Assembly (NCBI GenBank): GCA_963771175.1
Contig: CAVYSY010000057.1
Span: forward strand, 64,001 to 128,000
Source: an uncultured delta proteobacterium
Lineage (GTDB): Bacteria > Myxococcota > Myxococcia > Myxococcales > Myxococcaceae
DNA length: 64,000 nt
Direction: 5' to 3'
In this document: one piece after another, positions 21,001 to 30,112 of the stretch
Layout of the letters: each line of letters starts with the position of its first letter
Position numbering within the stretch: the stretch's first letter is position 1
Notes under the pieces: model-generated
The model's input: only the letters and a program-made list of their open reading frames with translations
Told to the model about the DNA's origin: nothing
The model's database searches: none
Made by a program: the position numbers and the translations under genes

Positions 21001-21763
21001 TGAAGGGGTCCGCCGCCTCCAGCATCGCGGTGCCCTTCGCGCCCAGCTCGACCGAGAAGCGCCCGCCTTCCACCGTCCCCGGGCCGGACACCTTCGTCCA
21101 GCGCACCCGGTCACTGCCCCCGGTCGTCGCCAGCGGCAGCGACGAGCCCGCCGGCAGTGCCAGCCGCTCCGGGTCTCCGCGCAGCACCGCGTCCGCGCGC
21201 ACCTCGAACTGGAGGAGGGCCTCGTCCCCCGTGTGGCTGTCACGCACCCGCACCAGGTCCGTCCCCTGCCCCGTCCCCGCCGTGTAGAGGCCCGAGGGCG
21301 TCAGCGAGCTGCTCGCGTCGCTGCGCTCCAGCGAGAAGACGAGGTCGCCCAGCTGCCCCGTCACCTCCACCTGGAAGGACGTGCCCGGCTTCACCATCGC
21401 GCGCGCGGGGGCCACGTCGAAGGCCGCCACCACGCGCACCTGCGCCCGCGCGTCTCCCGGGCAGCGCACGTCCTCCACCACCAGCAGGTCCGTCGCCGGA
21501 GTGAGCCCGGCGATGAAGCGCGAGCCGCGCAGCTCGCCCGAGGAGCCTCCCGGCTCGGCGCGGTAGCGGTAGTAGCCGCTGCCTCCCGTGGCCGTGAGGG
21601 AGACGGGGTCGCTCACGCGCACCCGCTCGGGGCTCGCGGAGAGGGAGAGCGGCGGCAACCCCGCGCAGGGGTCCACCGCCGGCTGCTCGGGAGGCTTCTC
21701 CTCCGGGTTGCAGGCCGCGGACAGGAGCGCGAGCACGAGCGACGTGCGGAAGACTCGGGACAT
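18076..21763 (-). CDS. Large FG-GAP/integrin-alpha beta-propeller lipoprotein (frameshift near 19800)
   Basis: Lipobox LSAAC; repeated DFDGDG/DLNADG Ca-binding loops and GAP/GSP motifs continue across ORFs 19484-21763 and 18076-19932. Confidence 0.8.
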
Positions 21764-21774
21764 GGAGAGATGCC

Positions 21775-23296
21775 TCAGGGGTTCGCGCCGGTGGCAGCCC
21801 AGCGCTGGATGAGGGAGATGAGTTGCGGGTCCAACGGGCCGTCCGCCGGCATGCGCTGCTCACGCACCGCCGCGATGATGAGTGGCAGGTTGTCCTTCCA
21901 CAGCGCGTACGAGGACAGCGGCCGACCCTGCCCCGACACGTGGCACTTCGCGCACCGCGACTCGTAAATGGGGCGGATGTCCTTGTCCCAGCCGAGCGCC
22001 ACCGTGGAGAGGGGCTGGTACTCGAAGGAGACGGAGCGCCGGGCCTCGGTGCCGTCGCCATAGCGCGCCACCGCGCTGAGCGTGTGCGGCCCGGGCTCCA
22101 GGCCCACGAAGGAGTAGGGCCGGAACGTGCCGTCCGTCTCCACGCCCCCGAGGCTGTACGCCGGGCCGCGTACCGGCACCTCCACGCCCGCCACCTCGAA
22201 GGTGACGCTCTGCGGCTCCGTGCCCGGCGCCACCCGCGCGCGCACCACCAGCGTGTCCTCCACCACCTGCATGCCCTCGTGCAGGCCCAGCACGCGAGGC
22301 ACCGGCCCGCGGGTGAGCGCCACCGTCTCGGCGCCGAGCTGCACCCAGGCACAACCACTCTCGTCCGCGGCCAGGAAGAGGAACTCGCGTGTGTCCACGC
22401 CCGAGGCCTCGCCCCACGTGTCCGCGTCCGCGTCATAGGAGAGGAGCTTGTCGCCCGCCTTCACCCAGAGGAAGCGCCCCGCCGCCAGCACCTGCGTCGG
22501 CTTCTGCGCCAGCGCCACCTGCCGCCACCCGTCCGCCGCCCGCCGCAGCAGCCGCTCCGACGTCAGCAGCCACGCCTCCGCCTTGCCCTTCTCCGAGGCA
22601 CCCAGTCCCACCAGCGTCACGGGCCGCTCGCCCTCCTGGAGCGGAGCCTCGGCCGGGCTCACCCGCCAGGCACCGGTGGCCGTCCGCACCGCGAGCCACA
22701 GCGCGTCCTGGCGGAGGAACCACACACCCGGAGCTCCGTCTGTCGGCCGGCGCCGCCGCCAGCGCGGTGATGCCTTCCAGCGGCTTGCCGTCCACCTTGA
22801 GCGCGGACAGCGCGCCGTCCTTCAGCAGGTAGAGGCCCGACGCATGCCCCAGCCACGCCGAGCCTTCCGGGGTCGACGCCGTGGCCGTCAGCCCGGGCCC
22901 CAGCGCGTCGCGCCAGGAGGGGGCGATGAGCCAGCCCGACTGCGCCAGGAAGAGACCGTTGTCCGCCTCCACCAGCGCCGAGCCCGGCCCCATCCGGAAC
23001 ACGGCGCGCGCATGCCCCGGAGCCACCGGGTTGCCCGGGTGGTTCTCCAGCGTGGAGCGCGTCCCGTCCAGCCGAAGCCGGAGGATCTCTCCCGTCGCCG
23101 TGGCGAAGATGCCGCCTCCCGTCTGGTCCGCGAAACCCGGCGTCGACGCCACGTCCGCCTGCGCCTGGAGCAGCATCGGCTGGAAGGGCTGGGGATTCGG
23201 GTGCTCCGTCGGGAGCGAGGGAGCGCTGTCGCCGCACGCGGCCAGCAGGCCCGCGAGCAGCACCGGGTAGACACGGGACGAGGCTCGAGTGTTCAT
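21775..23296 (-). CDS. Lipoprotein with propeller-like N-terminus, Ig-like domain and C-terminal cytochrome c (frameshift near 22730)
   Basis: Lipobox LLAAC; IRPIY..RCAKCH heme motif, MP distal ligand, I.RW...GA. Confidence 0.75.
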
Positions 23297-24687
23297 CACG
23301 CCAGCAGGGAGCGAAGGGGGTCGACGCGCGTGATGCTGTAGTCCAGGTTGGCGGACGCCAGCACCGTCGCGATGAGGTGCTCGGGGAGGATGTTGCTGCC
23401 GTTGACCGGGTCCGGCCTGCCCGTCGCCAGGTCCACCAGACCCGGCGCCATGGCGATGTCACCGCTCTGGCCGAACGCCACGTTGTGCTTCAGCCCGGCG
23501 CCCATCAGCAGGCAGCTGTTCGTCAGGTGGTGGTCCCGGCCGCTCGTGGAGTTGATGAGCGGGGTACGCGCGAACTCGGAGAACACCATGATGGTGGTGT
23601 GGTCCATGAAGTTGCCACCGGACTTGTGCGGGGTGCGCCGCAGGTCGTCCACCAGCGAGCCCAGCGCGTCGAAGCCCGTGCGCAGGTTGCTCGCGTGCGT
23701 CGTCTGCGTGCCGAAGTGCGTGTCCAGGCCGCCCACCAGGTTGATGGACACGCACTGGCTGATGCCCTTCTTGAGCGCCGTGGCCACCAGCGCCGCGCGA
23801 CCCGCCGCGCTGTCGTAGGGCCCCGAGGTGGGCAGCCCGTAGAAGGAGCGCACCTCGGCGTTCTCCGCCAGCTCGAAGCGGAACGCCTTGTCGAGCTGGC
23901 CCGACAGCACCTGCTTCATCTGCCCACGGCTCGTCTCGTACGTGGTGCCCACGCCGCCCGCGCCGTATGCCGCCTCCTCGCAGGTGATGGGCTGGCCGCG
24001 GAAGTCCACGAGCTGCTTCTCGAGCTCGCTGTCGAGCTGCCGGGGGCTCGCCGACAGCGTGAGCAGCAGGTCGTTCGACCGGCTCACCTTCAGCGCGTTG
24101 GCGGCACCGGGGTAGCGGTCGTTGTACGACTCCATCCCGTAAGCGATGGAGGGGATGGGCACCGCGGGCAGCATCTGCCCGACGATCTCCGTCGCCGTGG
24201 ACGAGCCGCGCGCCGCGGCCCCGATGGGGCGCTTGCCGGTGATGAAGTAGCGCATGCCCTCCTCATGCGCGAGCGTGGTCATGTTGATGCCACGCACCAC
24301 CGTCATCAGGTCGTAGTGCGCGGCCAGCCTGTCGCCCACCGCCGGACCGAAGGAGAGGGTGGAGGGGTCCGCCCCCGTGCGCTGGGCCGGCTCGATGGGC
24401 TTGGAGGGGAAGCGCGAGTCGGTGAACAGGTTGTAGCCCGGGAGGATGCGCGTCTCCGACACCCTCTCGGGGGTGAAGACGGTCCGGGTCCCTCGGGTCG
24501 AAGGCGAGGAGCTGGTCCCACCCGCCCGCGAAGTAGACGAAGACGAAGCAGCGGTCCGACGGCTCCAGGGTGGCCGTCTGCGCGAAGGCGCGGAAGGGCA
24601 GGCCCCCCAACAGGGTGGAGCCCATGAAGCCAGCAGCGGCCTTCAGGAAGGTGCGGCGTCGAGGCGGGTGTCGTGGTTCTTCTTCAT
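23296..24687 (-). CDS. DUF1501-family Tat-exported protein (frameshifts near 24660 and 24480)
   Basis: RRTFLK Tat motif, FAGGWDQ...DP, GGLDTH, FSEFARTP, GRDH. Confidence 0.82.
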
Positions 24688-24707
24688 GGATGAATCTCCC
24701 CGAGCCA

Positions 24708-25364
24708 TCAGTAGGTGAGGAACCGCGAGTCGGTCATCAGCGCGATGCACACCGCCGCCAGGGCCTGGTCACGCTTGGCGATGGTCTCGGCGCGAGCCGC
24801 CGCCTGGGTGAAGAAACCCACCCAGCGCGTCAGCTCCTCGCCCTCCAGCGGCGAGCCCCAGAAGCGGGTGGACAGGTACACGAGCAGCTCGCGCACCTGG
24901 GCATCCGTGAGCTTGCGCAGGTCCGCCACCGCCCCCGAGGGCAGCGTGCGGCTGAGCACGCGGGCCGCCGGGTCCGTCAGCTTCACCTCGGCGCTCGCCT
25001 GGGTGATGCACACCTCGCGCGCCCCGTCCTCGAGGAACTTGGCGAAGACGAGGTTGGGCTCGGTGCTCTCGACGTTGACGAGCGCGTAGTCCGCCCGCCC
25101 CAGCGAGGGCGCCAGGCTGTCGAGCTGCGTCCACGGCCGGCCCACCGCCACCTCGATGGAGCGGGCGAGCTGGTTGACGGTGATGCGGCGCGGAGCGCGC
25201 CCCACCCGACCGTCCTGCAGCTCGGGGTCCGGCAGCGGAGTCATGTCCCCGTGCGGGTTGGCCACGGGCTCCAGTTGGCCATCCACCGGAGGCGGAGTGG
25301 CAGGGGTCTTCTCGCACGCGGCGGTGCCGAGCGCGACCAGCGCGAGCATGAGCAGGCGGCGCAT
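24708..25364 (-). CDS. Lipoprotein associated with DUF1501/DUF1585 clusters
   Basis: MRRLLMLALVALGTAAC lipobox; RRITVNQL motif; C-terminal S.FLTY; overlaps the upstream stop. Confidence 0.75.
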   Translation of the reverse strand: MRRLLMLALVALGTAACEKTPATPPPVDGQLEPVANPHGDMTPLPDPELQDGRVGRAPRRITVNQLARSIEVAVGRPWTQLDSLAPSLGRADYALVNVESTEPNLVFAKFLEDGAREVCITQASAEVKLTDPAARVLSRTLPSGAVADLRKLTDAQVRELLVYLSTRFWGSPLEGEELTRWVGFFTQAAARAETIAKRDQALAAVCIALMTDSRFLTY

Positions 25365-27394
25365 CAGTCGATCCTCCGGTAGGCGTCGGTCATCACCAGA
25401 CGCTCGATGAGCGCCTTGAAGCGGTGGCCGTCTCGCGCGAAACCTTCGGCGAGCGGCTCGAGGTAGAGGCGCTGCTCCTCCGCCGACATGGGCCGGCCGA
25501 GGAACTCCTGCCAGACGCGCCGCACCGTGCAGCGCTCCAGGTCGCCCGTCTGCAGCATGCGCTGCACCAGCAGCTCGGGGCCGCCGTCGATGTTCCGCTC
25601 CTCGTCCTCCGTGCGGTAGAGGTACGTCTTGAGCATGCCCAGCGACGCGGCGCCGTCGCCGTCGTAGGCCTGCATCACGTACTGGCCGCACTCGCCACCG
25701 CAGGTGGTGTTGCCGGAGAGCGCGCAGTCGCGGCACTTCGGGTCGTAGCGGGGGAAGTGGTCCGAGTCGAGGAAGAGCGCGGCGCGCTCGGCGAAGCGGC
25801 CCCAGTGCGCGCCGGTGGGCTCGATGGTGGCGTGGCAGTAGTTGCAGCCGCAGCGCTTGGCCAGGTTGTTCTCCCGGTTGCAGGCGTCCTCGGCGGCCGG
25901 CAGGCGCGCGTTGTCCGCCGGGGTGAAGGTCTTGCAGAGGAAGGCCGAGTAGAACTGGTTGACGCGGGCGCGCTGGGTGGGGAAGCGGTAGAGGAACGAG
26001 GCCGTGGTGAGCACGCCCGAGTGCTGCGTGCCGCGCATGTACTCCTTCCAGCTGTCCGCATCCGTGTAGGGCACCTCGGGCAGCACCGCCGCGTCCGCCG
26101 GGGGGGTGGCGTTGAAGACGCCCAGGCCCTGCTCCGGATTACGGTAGAGCTGGGACAGGGGGCCGTTCACGAACGAGCGGCGCGTGGTGAGGATGTTGAA
26201 GTAGGGCTCGTCCCGGCGCACCACCGAGTCGGCGATGAGCTCGGGCTCGGCGTTGAAGGCCGCCACGCGGGCGTTGTGCGTGGAGCCGTCGGGCGCCTCG
26301 CAACGCCCCATTCCCTCGCCGCAGCCACAGCTCCGGTCGATGTTGAAGCGCGCGGTCGTGCAGGGCTCCAGCGTCCAGGGGTTGGCCGTGCGCGCCTGCG
26401 CCTCGATGGCGCACACCCTCACGTCCGCGCCCGTGGTGCTCCAGAAGGGCGCCGGCCGGGTCACGTAGCCCTCGCGCTGCACGCAGCCGCGCGGCGACTC
26501 GTAGGAGCCCTTGATGTTGCCGTTCTTCAGCTGGAGCTCCAGCGTGCAGCGCCCCAGCGGCACCGTCGAGGTGGCGGACGTGAAGGCCACCACCCGCGTC
26601 CCCTCCAGCACCTCCTGGGTGTACCCGGCCGCGCTGACCTTGGTGGGGTCTGGCTGGCACAGGTGGGGCACCAGCGCGCCACCCACGCGCCGCATGTCAC
26701 AGAAGAACATGTACTTGTCGTCGAGGCGCCCTCGGTTCTTCGCCTCCGCGCACGAGTTGATGGTGGGGTCGGAGGTGGTGGTGCCGGAGACCAGGTCCAG
26801 CCGGTCGCAGCGGTAGTAGTTGAGGTCGTAGTCCCAGCTCACCGGCAGCGGCACGCCGCGCTCGTCGTAGCGCTCCTTGGCGCAGTCCGCGGCGGCCGGG
26901 AGCGCGGGGTCCGCATGCGGATCCTGCCGGGCGTTGCACACGTCCTGGGCGAGGTAGCTGTCACAGCCCTGGTTGTTGGCCCCGCGCAGCTGGCGGCTGG
27001 GGTTGCCACGCAGGGACAGCGCGTCCGTGGCGGAGCCCACGCCGGACAGGCGCGTGTTGCGGTTGTTGTTGACGCTGGCGCTCACGTTGCTCCACAGGAG
27101 CGCGCGGTGGTAGCCGCGGATGCGCGCGAAGAACTCCTCCTGCTGCATCAGCGCGCGAACGTCCTCGACCGTCACCTCCCCCTTGGCCCGAGCGGCCTGG
27201 TACTCCTCATAGGTGGGGGGGCGGCCGAGCAGGTCGAGGCTGAGCTGGCGCAGGTGACGCTCGAGGGGAACCTTCGAGACCGGGGCACACACCGGGGCTT
27301 CCGCGAGAGCGGGGGCGGCAGCCAGCAGAACGGTGGCGGCCAGAGTGGCGAGGCAACAGCGTGCGGGGAGCACGGAACCTCCGAGAGAACGCAA
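25364..27394 (-). CDS. DUF1585/DUF1588-like Cys-rich secreted protein with a CxxCH motif
   Basis: LRQLSLDLLGRPPT, HSGVLTT, RAR....FLC, CNYCHATIEP, FLGRP, FKALI. Confidence 0.78.
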   Translation of the reverse strand: MRSLGGSVLPARCCLATLAATVLLAAAPALAEAPVCAPVSKVPLERHLRQLSLDLLGRPPTYEEYQAARAKGEVTVEDVRALMQQEEFFARIRGYHRALLWSNVSASVNNNRNTRLSGVGSATDALSLRGNPSRQLRGANNQGCDSYLAQDVCNARQDPHADPALPAAADCAKERYDERGVPLPVSWDYDLNYYRCDRLDLVSGTTTSDPTINSCAEAKNRGRLDDKYMFFCDMRRVGGALVPHLCQPDPTKVSAAGYTQEVLEGTRVVAFTSATSTVPLGRCTLELQLKNGNIKGSYESPRGCVQREGYVTRPAPFWSTTGADVRVCAIEAQARTANPWTLEPCTTARFNIDRSCGCGEGMGRCEAPDGSTHNARVAAFNAEPELIADSVVRRDEPYFNILTTRRSFVNGPLSQLYRNPEQGLGVFNATPPADAAVLPEVPYTDADSWKEYMRGTQHSGVLTTASFLYRFPTQRARVNQFYSAFLCKTFTPADNARLPAAEDACNRENNLAKRCGCNYCHATIEPTGAHWGRFAERAALFLDSDHFPRYDPKCRDCALSGNTTCGGECGQYVMQAYDGDGAASLGMLKTYLYRTEDEERNIDGGPELLVQRMLQTGDLERCTVRRVWQEFLGRPMSAEEQRLYLEPLAEGFARDGHRFKALIERLVMTDAYRRID

Positions 27395-27534
27395 CGGCGA
27401 GGGGGGACAGCATCTCCACTTATGCCAATAATTCCTGTTATTGACCAGCGACTTGCTCGGTGAGCGGAGAAGCGAGCCCGAACAGGTGCAATCGAGTTGC
27501 GCACGAGGCCACAGCCGGGACAGAAAGGTGCGCC

Positions 27535-28098
27535 ATGTCTGATGCCGCCCCTGCTTCGCTCCGAGTCAGTGACCGCTCCTTCTACGTCTTCACGGCGGTG
27601 GTCTCCGCCGCGGCCCTCGCCTTCCTCTCTTACATTCTCATCATTCGGAAAGGAGGGCCGGTGGGCGGGTTGGATCTGCGCTTCCTGCCGGCGGTGAACG
27701 CGAGCTTCAACGCGCTCGCGGCGGCCTTCCTCACCGCGGGCTGGGTGGCCATCCGCCGTGGCGCACGGCGCGTGCACCAGTACCTGATGGTGTCCGCCTT
27801 CGCCTCGTCGGCGCTCTTCCTGGTGTGCTACCTCGCCTATCACTTCGTCCACGGCGACACGCGCTACGCCGGGAGCGGGGTGCTGCGGACGGTGTACCTG
27901 CTCATCCTCGCCAGCCACGTGCTGCTGTCGCTGTTCGTGGTGCCGGGCGCGCTGCTGTCCTTCTACTTCGCGTGGCGCAAGGCCTTCGACCGGCACCGCA
28001 AGGTGACGCGGTGGCTGGCCCCCATCTGGCTCTACGTGTCCGTGACGGGCGTGGTCATCTTCTTCATGCTGCGCGGCAGCCTGCCCACCGCGCCCTGA
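27535..28098 (+). CDS. DUF420-family membrane protein
   Basis: LPAVNA, H..LM..AF..SALFL..YL.YH, HRK..RW..PIWLYVSVTGV. Confidence 0.9.
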   Translation: MSDAAPASLRVSDRSFYVFTAVVSAAALAFLSYILIIRKGGPVGGLDLRFLPAVNASFNALAAAFLTAGWVAIRRGARRVHQYLMVSAFASSALFLVCYLAYHFVHGDTRYAGSGVLRTVYLLILASHVLLSLFVVPGALLSFYFAWRKAFDRHRKVTRWLAPIWLYVSVTGVVIFFMLRGSLPTAP

Positions 28099-28129
28099 GC
28101 GGCGGGACGGAGTGCCGGAACCGCTCGCT

Positions 28130-29302
28130 TCACGGTCCGGACGCCGGCATGCAGCCCCACTGCTTCATGTCCTCCGAGACGGTGGCGCATTGCCACCCCT
28201 CGCCACAGGAATCCAGGTCCAGCGGGTCGCACTGACGGAAGCAGGTGCTCACGTTGGCGCTCCCCATGCCACAGAGCTGACCCGCGGGGCAGCTGTCCGC
28301 CCAGAGCGGATTGCAGAGACGAGCGCACCAGAAGACGCCTCGGCCCCGAAACAGGCGGAAGTTGCACCGCTCCCCTTCGCCACAGGGTGTTTCCGGGCAC
28401 TCCCCCTGAACGCTCGTGAGGCACTGGTAGGAGGAGTCCTCGCCGAGGCGCTTGCACCGCTTCCCCTGGGGGCACCCGAGTTGCCCGCAGTCCGGATGGC
28501 ACCCGGGGCCATTCGGGGTGTCCTTACAGACATGTCCAGCGGGACAGCTCGACGGCGCGTCCAACCGGCAGCGGGGGCTGCATCTGCCCAGCAGGCAGAC
28601 CAGCCCCTCCCGACAAGTACCCGCCGCAGAGATATATCCAGGCTCGCAGGGCTCTCCCTCACGTCGTTGCCCCTCGGGCGTACAGCGGCGGACGATGGCT
28701 CCCGAGGTGCCGGGAGTCAGCGCGAGGCAGAGGAAGCCAGGGAAACAGTGTCCATCCTCCTCGCAGTCGGAGGCCACGCACTCGAAGCGGCGCGTCTCCC
28801 GATTGGGCACACACCCCTGGCCTGGAGGGCAGTCGCTGTCGATATGGCAACCACCACAAACGAAGGTCCCCGCGTCGTCCAACGCGCAGCGCAGGCCCGC
28901 CGCGGGAAGACCATCCGGCATGATTTCCTCCGAGGCCAGTGGTGGGTCCATCATGGTAGCGCCTGTCGGGTCCGCCCTGCTCGCGACGAGGAATCCAGGA
29001 CGCTCGGGTCCCGGCACGCGGAGTGAGTCGACTCCATGTGCCCGCGCTCACGGGGCGGGAGGCCTGCTCGGAGTTGGTTCGGCATCATGATGGACGAGCG
29101 CCTTCCCCCGCGACGAAGGAATGACAGCTTGAAATGACGTGCTGGGGACGCCTGTGCCTTCTTCTGAAGAGAGTCGTTCACCCTCGCTCGACAACGGAGG
29201 GGTGGAAGGCGGCCAGAACAAAAGACCACTCCCCAGAGTGATGACAAGCCCAGCACATAACAGACTTAGAGCCGTATGTGGCCTGAGTCGTGGCTGCCCC
29301 AT
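28130..29302 (-). CDS. Membrane-anchored cysteine-rich repeat protein, interrupted by an in-frame TGA at 29048-29050
   Basis: N-terminal TM (ORF 29048-29302) is in frame with the Cys-rich ORF 28130-29017, which carries repeated C..D.DCP.G..C units. Confidence 0.65.
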
Positions 29303-29350
29303 GACCTTCCGTCCCAGCGAGAGAGGAGATTCCGTGCAGCTTCTTCTCGC

Positions 29351-29521
29351 TCAGCAGTCACCATAGCCACAGCACATGAGGTAGCCTCCGTCGGTGGCAC
29401 ACCCGCAGGGAAGACACTTGTAGCACTCCTTGTACATCGCTGCCGCGCTTCCACCGATGAGAGCACCAGCCGAGCTCGCGGCCACGAACCACCAGAAAAG
29501 CATTCGCTTCACGTTTTTCAT
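29351..29521 (-). CDS. Small secreted Cys-rich peptide, 56 aa (absent from the ORF track)
   Basis: Hand translation MKNVKRMLFWWFVAASSAGALIGGSAAA-MYKECYKCLPCGCATDGGYLMCCGYGDC*; basic-hydrophobic-AxA signal peptide. Confidence 0.7.
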   Translation of the reverse strand: MKNVKRMLFWWFVAASSAGALIGGSAAAMYKECYKCLPCGCATDGGYLMCCGYGDC

Positions 29522-29734
29522 GAGGCCCGCTGTCTGCGATTACTGGGAACCCTAGGCTCTCCCTGATGACTCGGTCAATCCGTGGGAAAGCGCGGCTCGT
29601 GGCGCATGTCCACATCAGGACTTTCATTGAAGTCTTTCGTCTGGCGACTCCGATTGGAGAAGCTCCGACATGCCCAGCCCTCGCGGCAGGCGCATGGTGA
29701 AGGCCGAACCCTTTCCCTCCTCGCTCTCCACGGA

Positions 29735-30060
29735 GCGTGTAGAGGGCGCGGGCCTGCGCGGGAATGTCGCTGGCCGGGAAGTGCAGGCCCAGGAAGCTGT
29801 CCATGTCCGCGGCGCGGCTCTCCGCCAGCACCTCGCCGGGCCAGTCCGCGTCGAAGCGGTACACCATCACCCGCTCGAAGCCGGTGAGCGAGCGCACCGC
29901 GTCCGCCGCCGCCTGCAGCAGCCCCTGTGAGCCCCGGGCCCGGGCGAGCGGCGAGAGGAGCAGGTCCACCATCGCCAGCGAACCCTCCTCGCCGACGGCC
30001 TCCGTTGCGGGCTCCAGCTCCAGCACGGTCAACCCATCGCTCCGGTGAAGCAGGCCGACC
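29735..30060 (-). pseudogene. Bacteriophytochrome PAS-GAF fragment
   Basis: LHRSDGLTVLELEP, LTGFERVMVYRF, GEVLAE, LGLHFPASDIPAQARALY; truncated at both ends. Confidence 0.85.
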
Positions 30061-30070
30061 GCTTCCCGCG

Positions 30071-30098
30071 AGGGGCCCCGGGAGGAACCGGGGCCCCT
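30071..30098. terminator. Hairpin downstream of S8 protease
   Basis: Perfect 11-bp stem aggggccccgg / ccggggcccct about 15 nt past the stop. Confidence 0.6.
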
Positions 30099-30112
30099 GG
30101 CTCAGCGACCTG

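Noticed and set aside
28845..28860. CGGCH as a heme c binding motif
   Set aside because: It is embedded in a disulfide-type Cys-repeat protein, where CxxC followed by H is likely by chance
29048..29050. Selenocysteine recoding of the in-frame TGA
   Set aside because: It lies in a low-complexity linker rather than a Cys position, with no convincing SECIS hairpin
29619..29634. gactt-n6-aagtc palindrome upstream of the Cys-rich peptide as an operator
   Set aside because: Too short and single-copy to distinguish from chance
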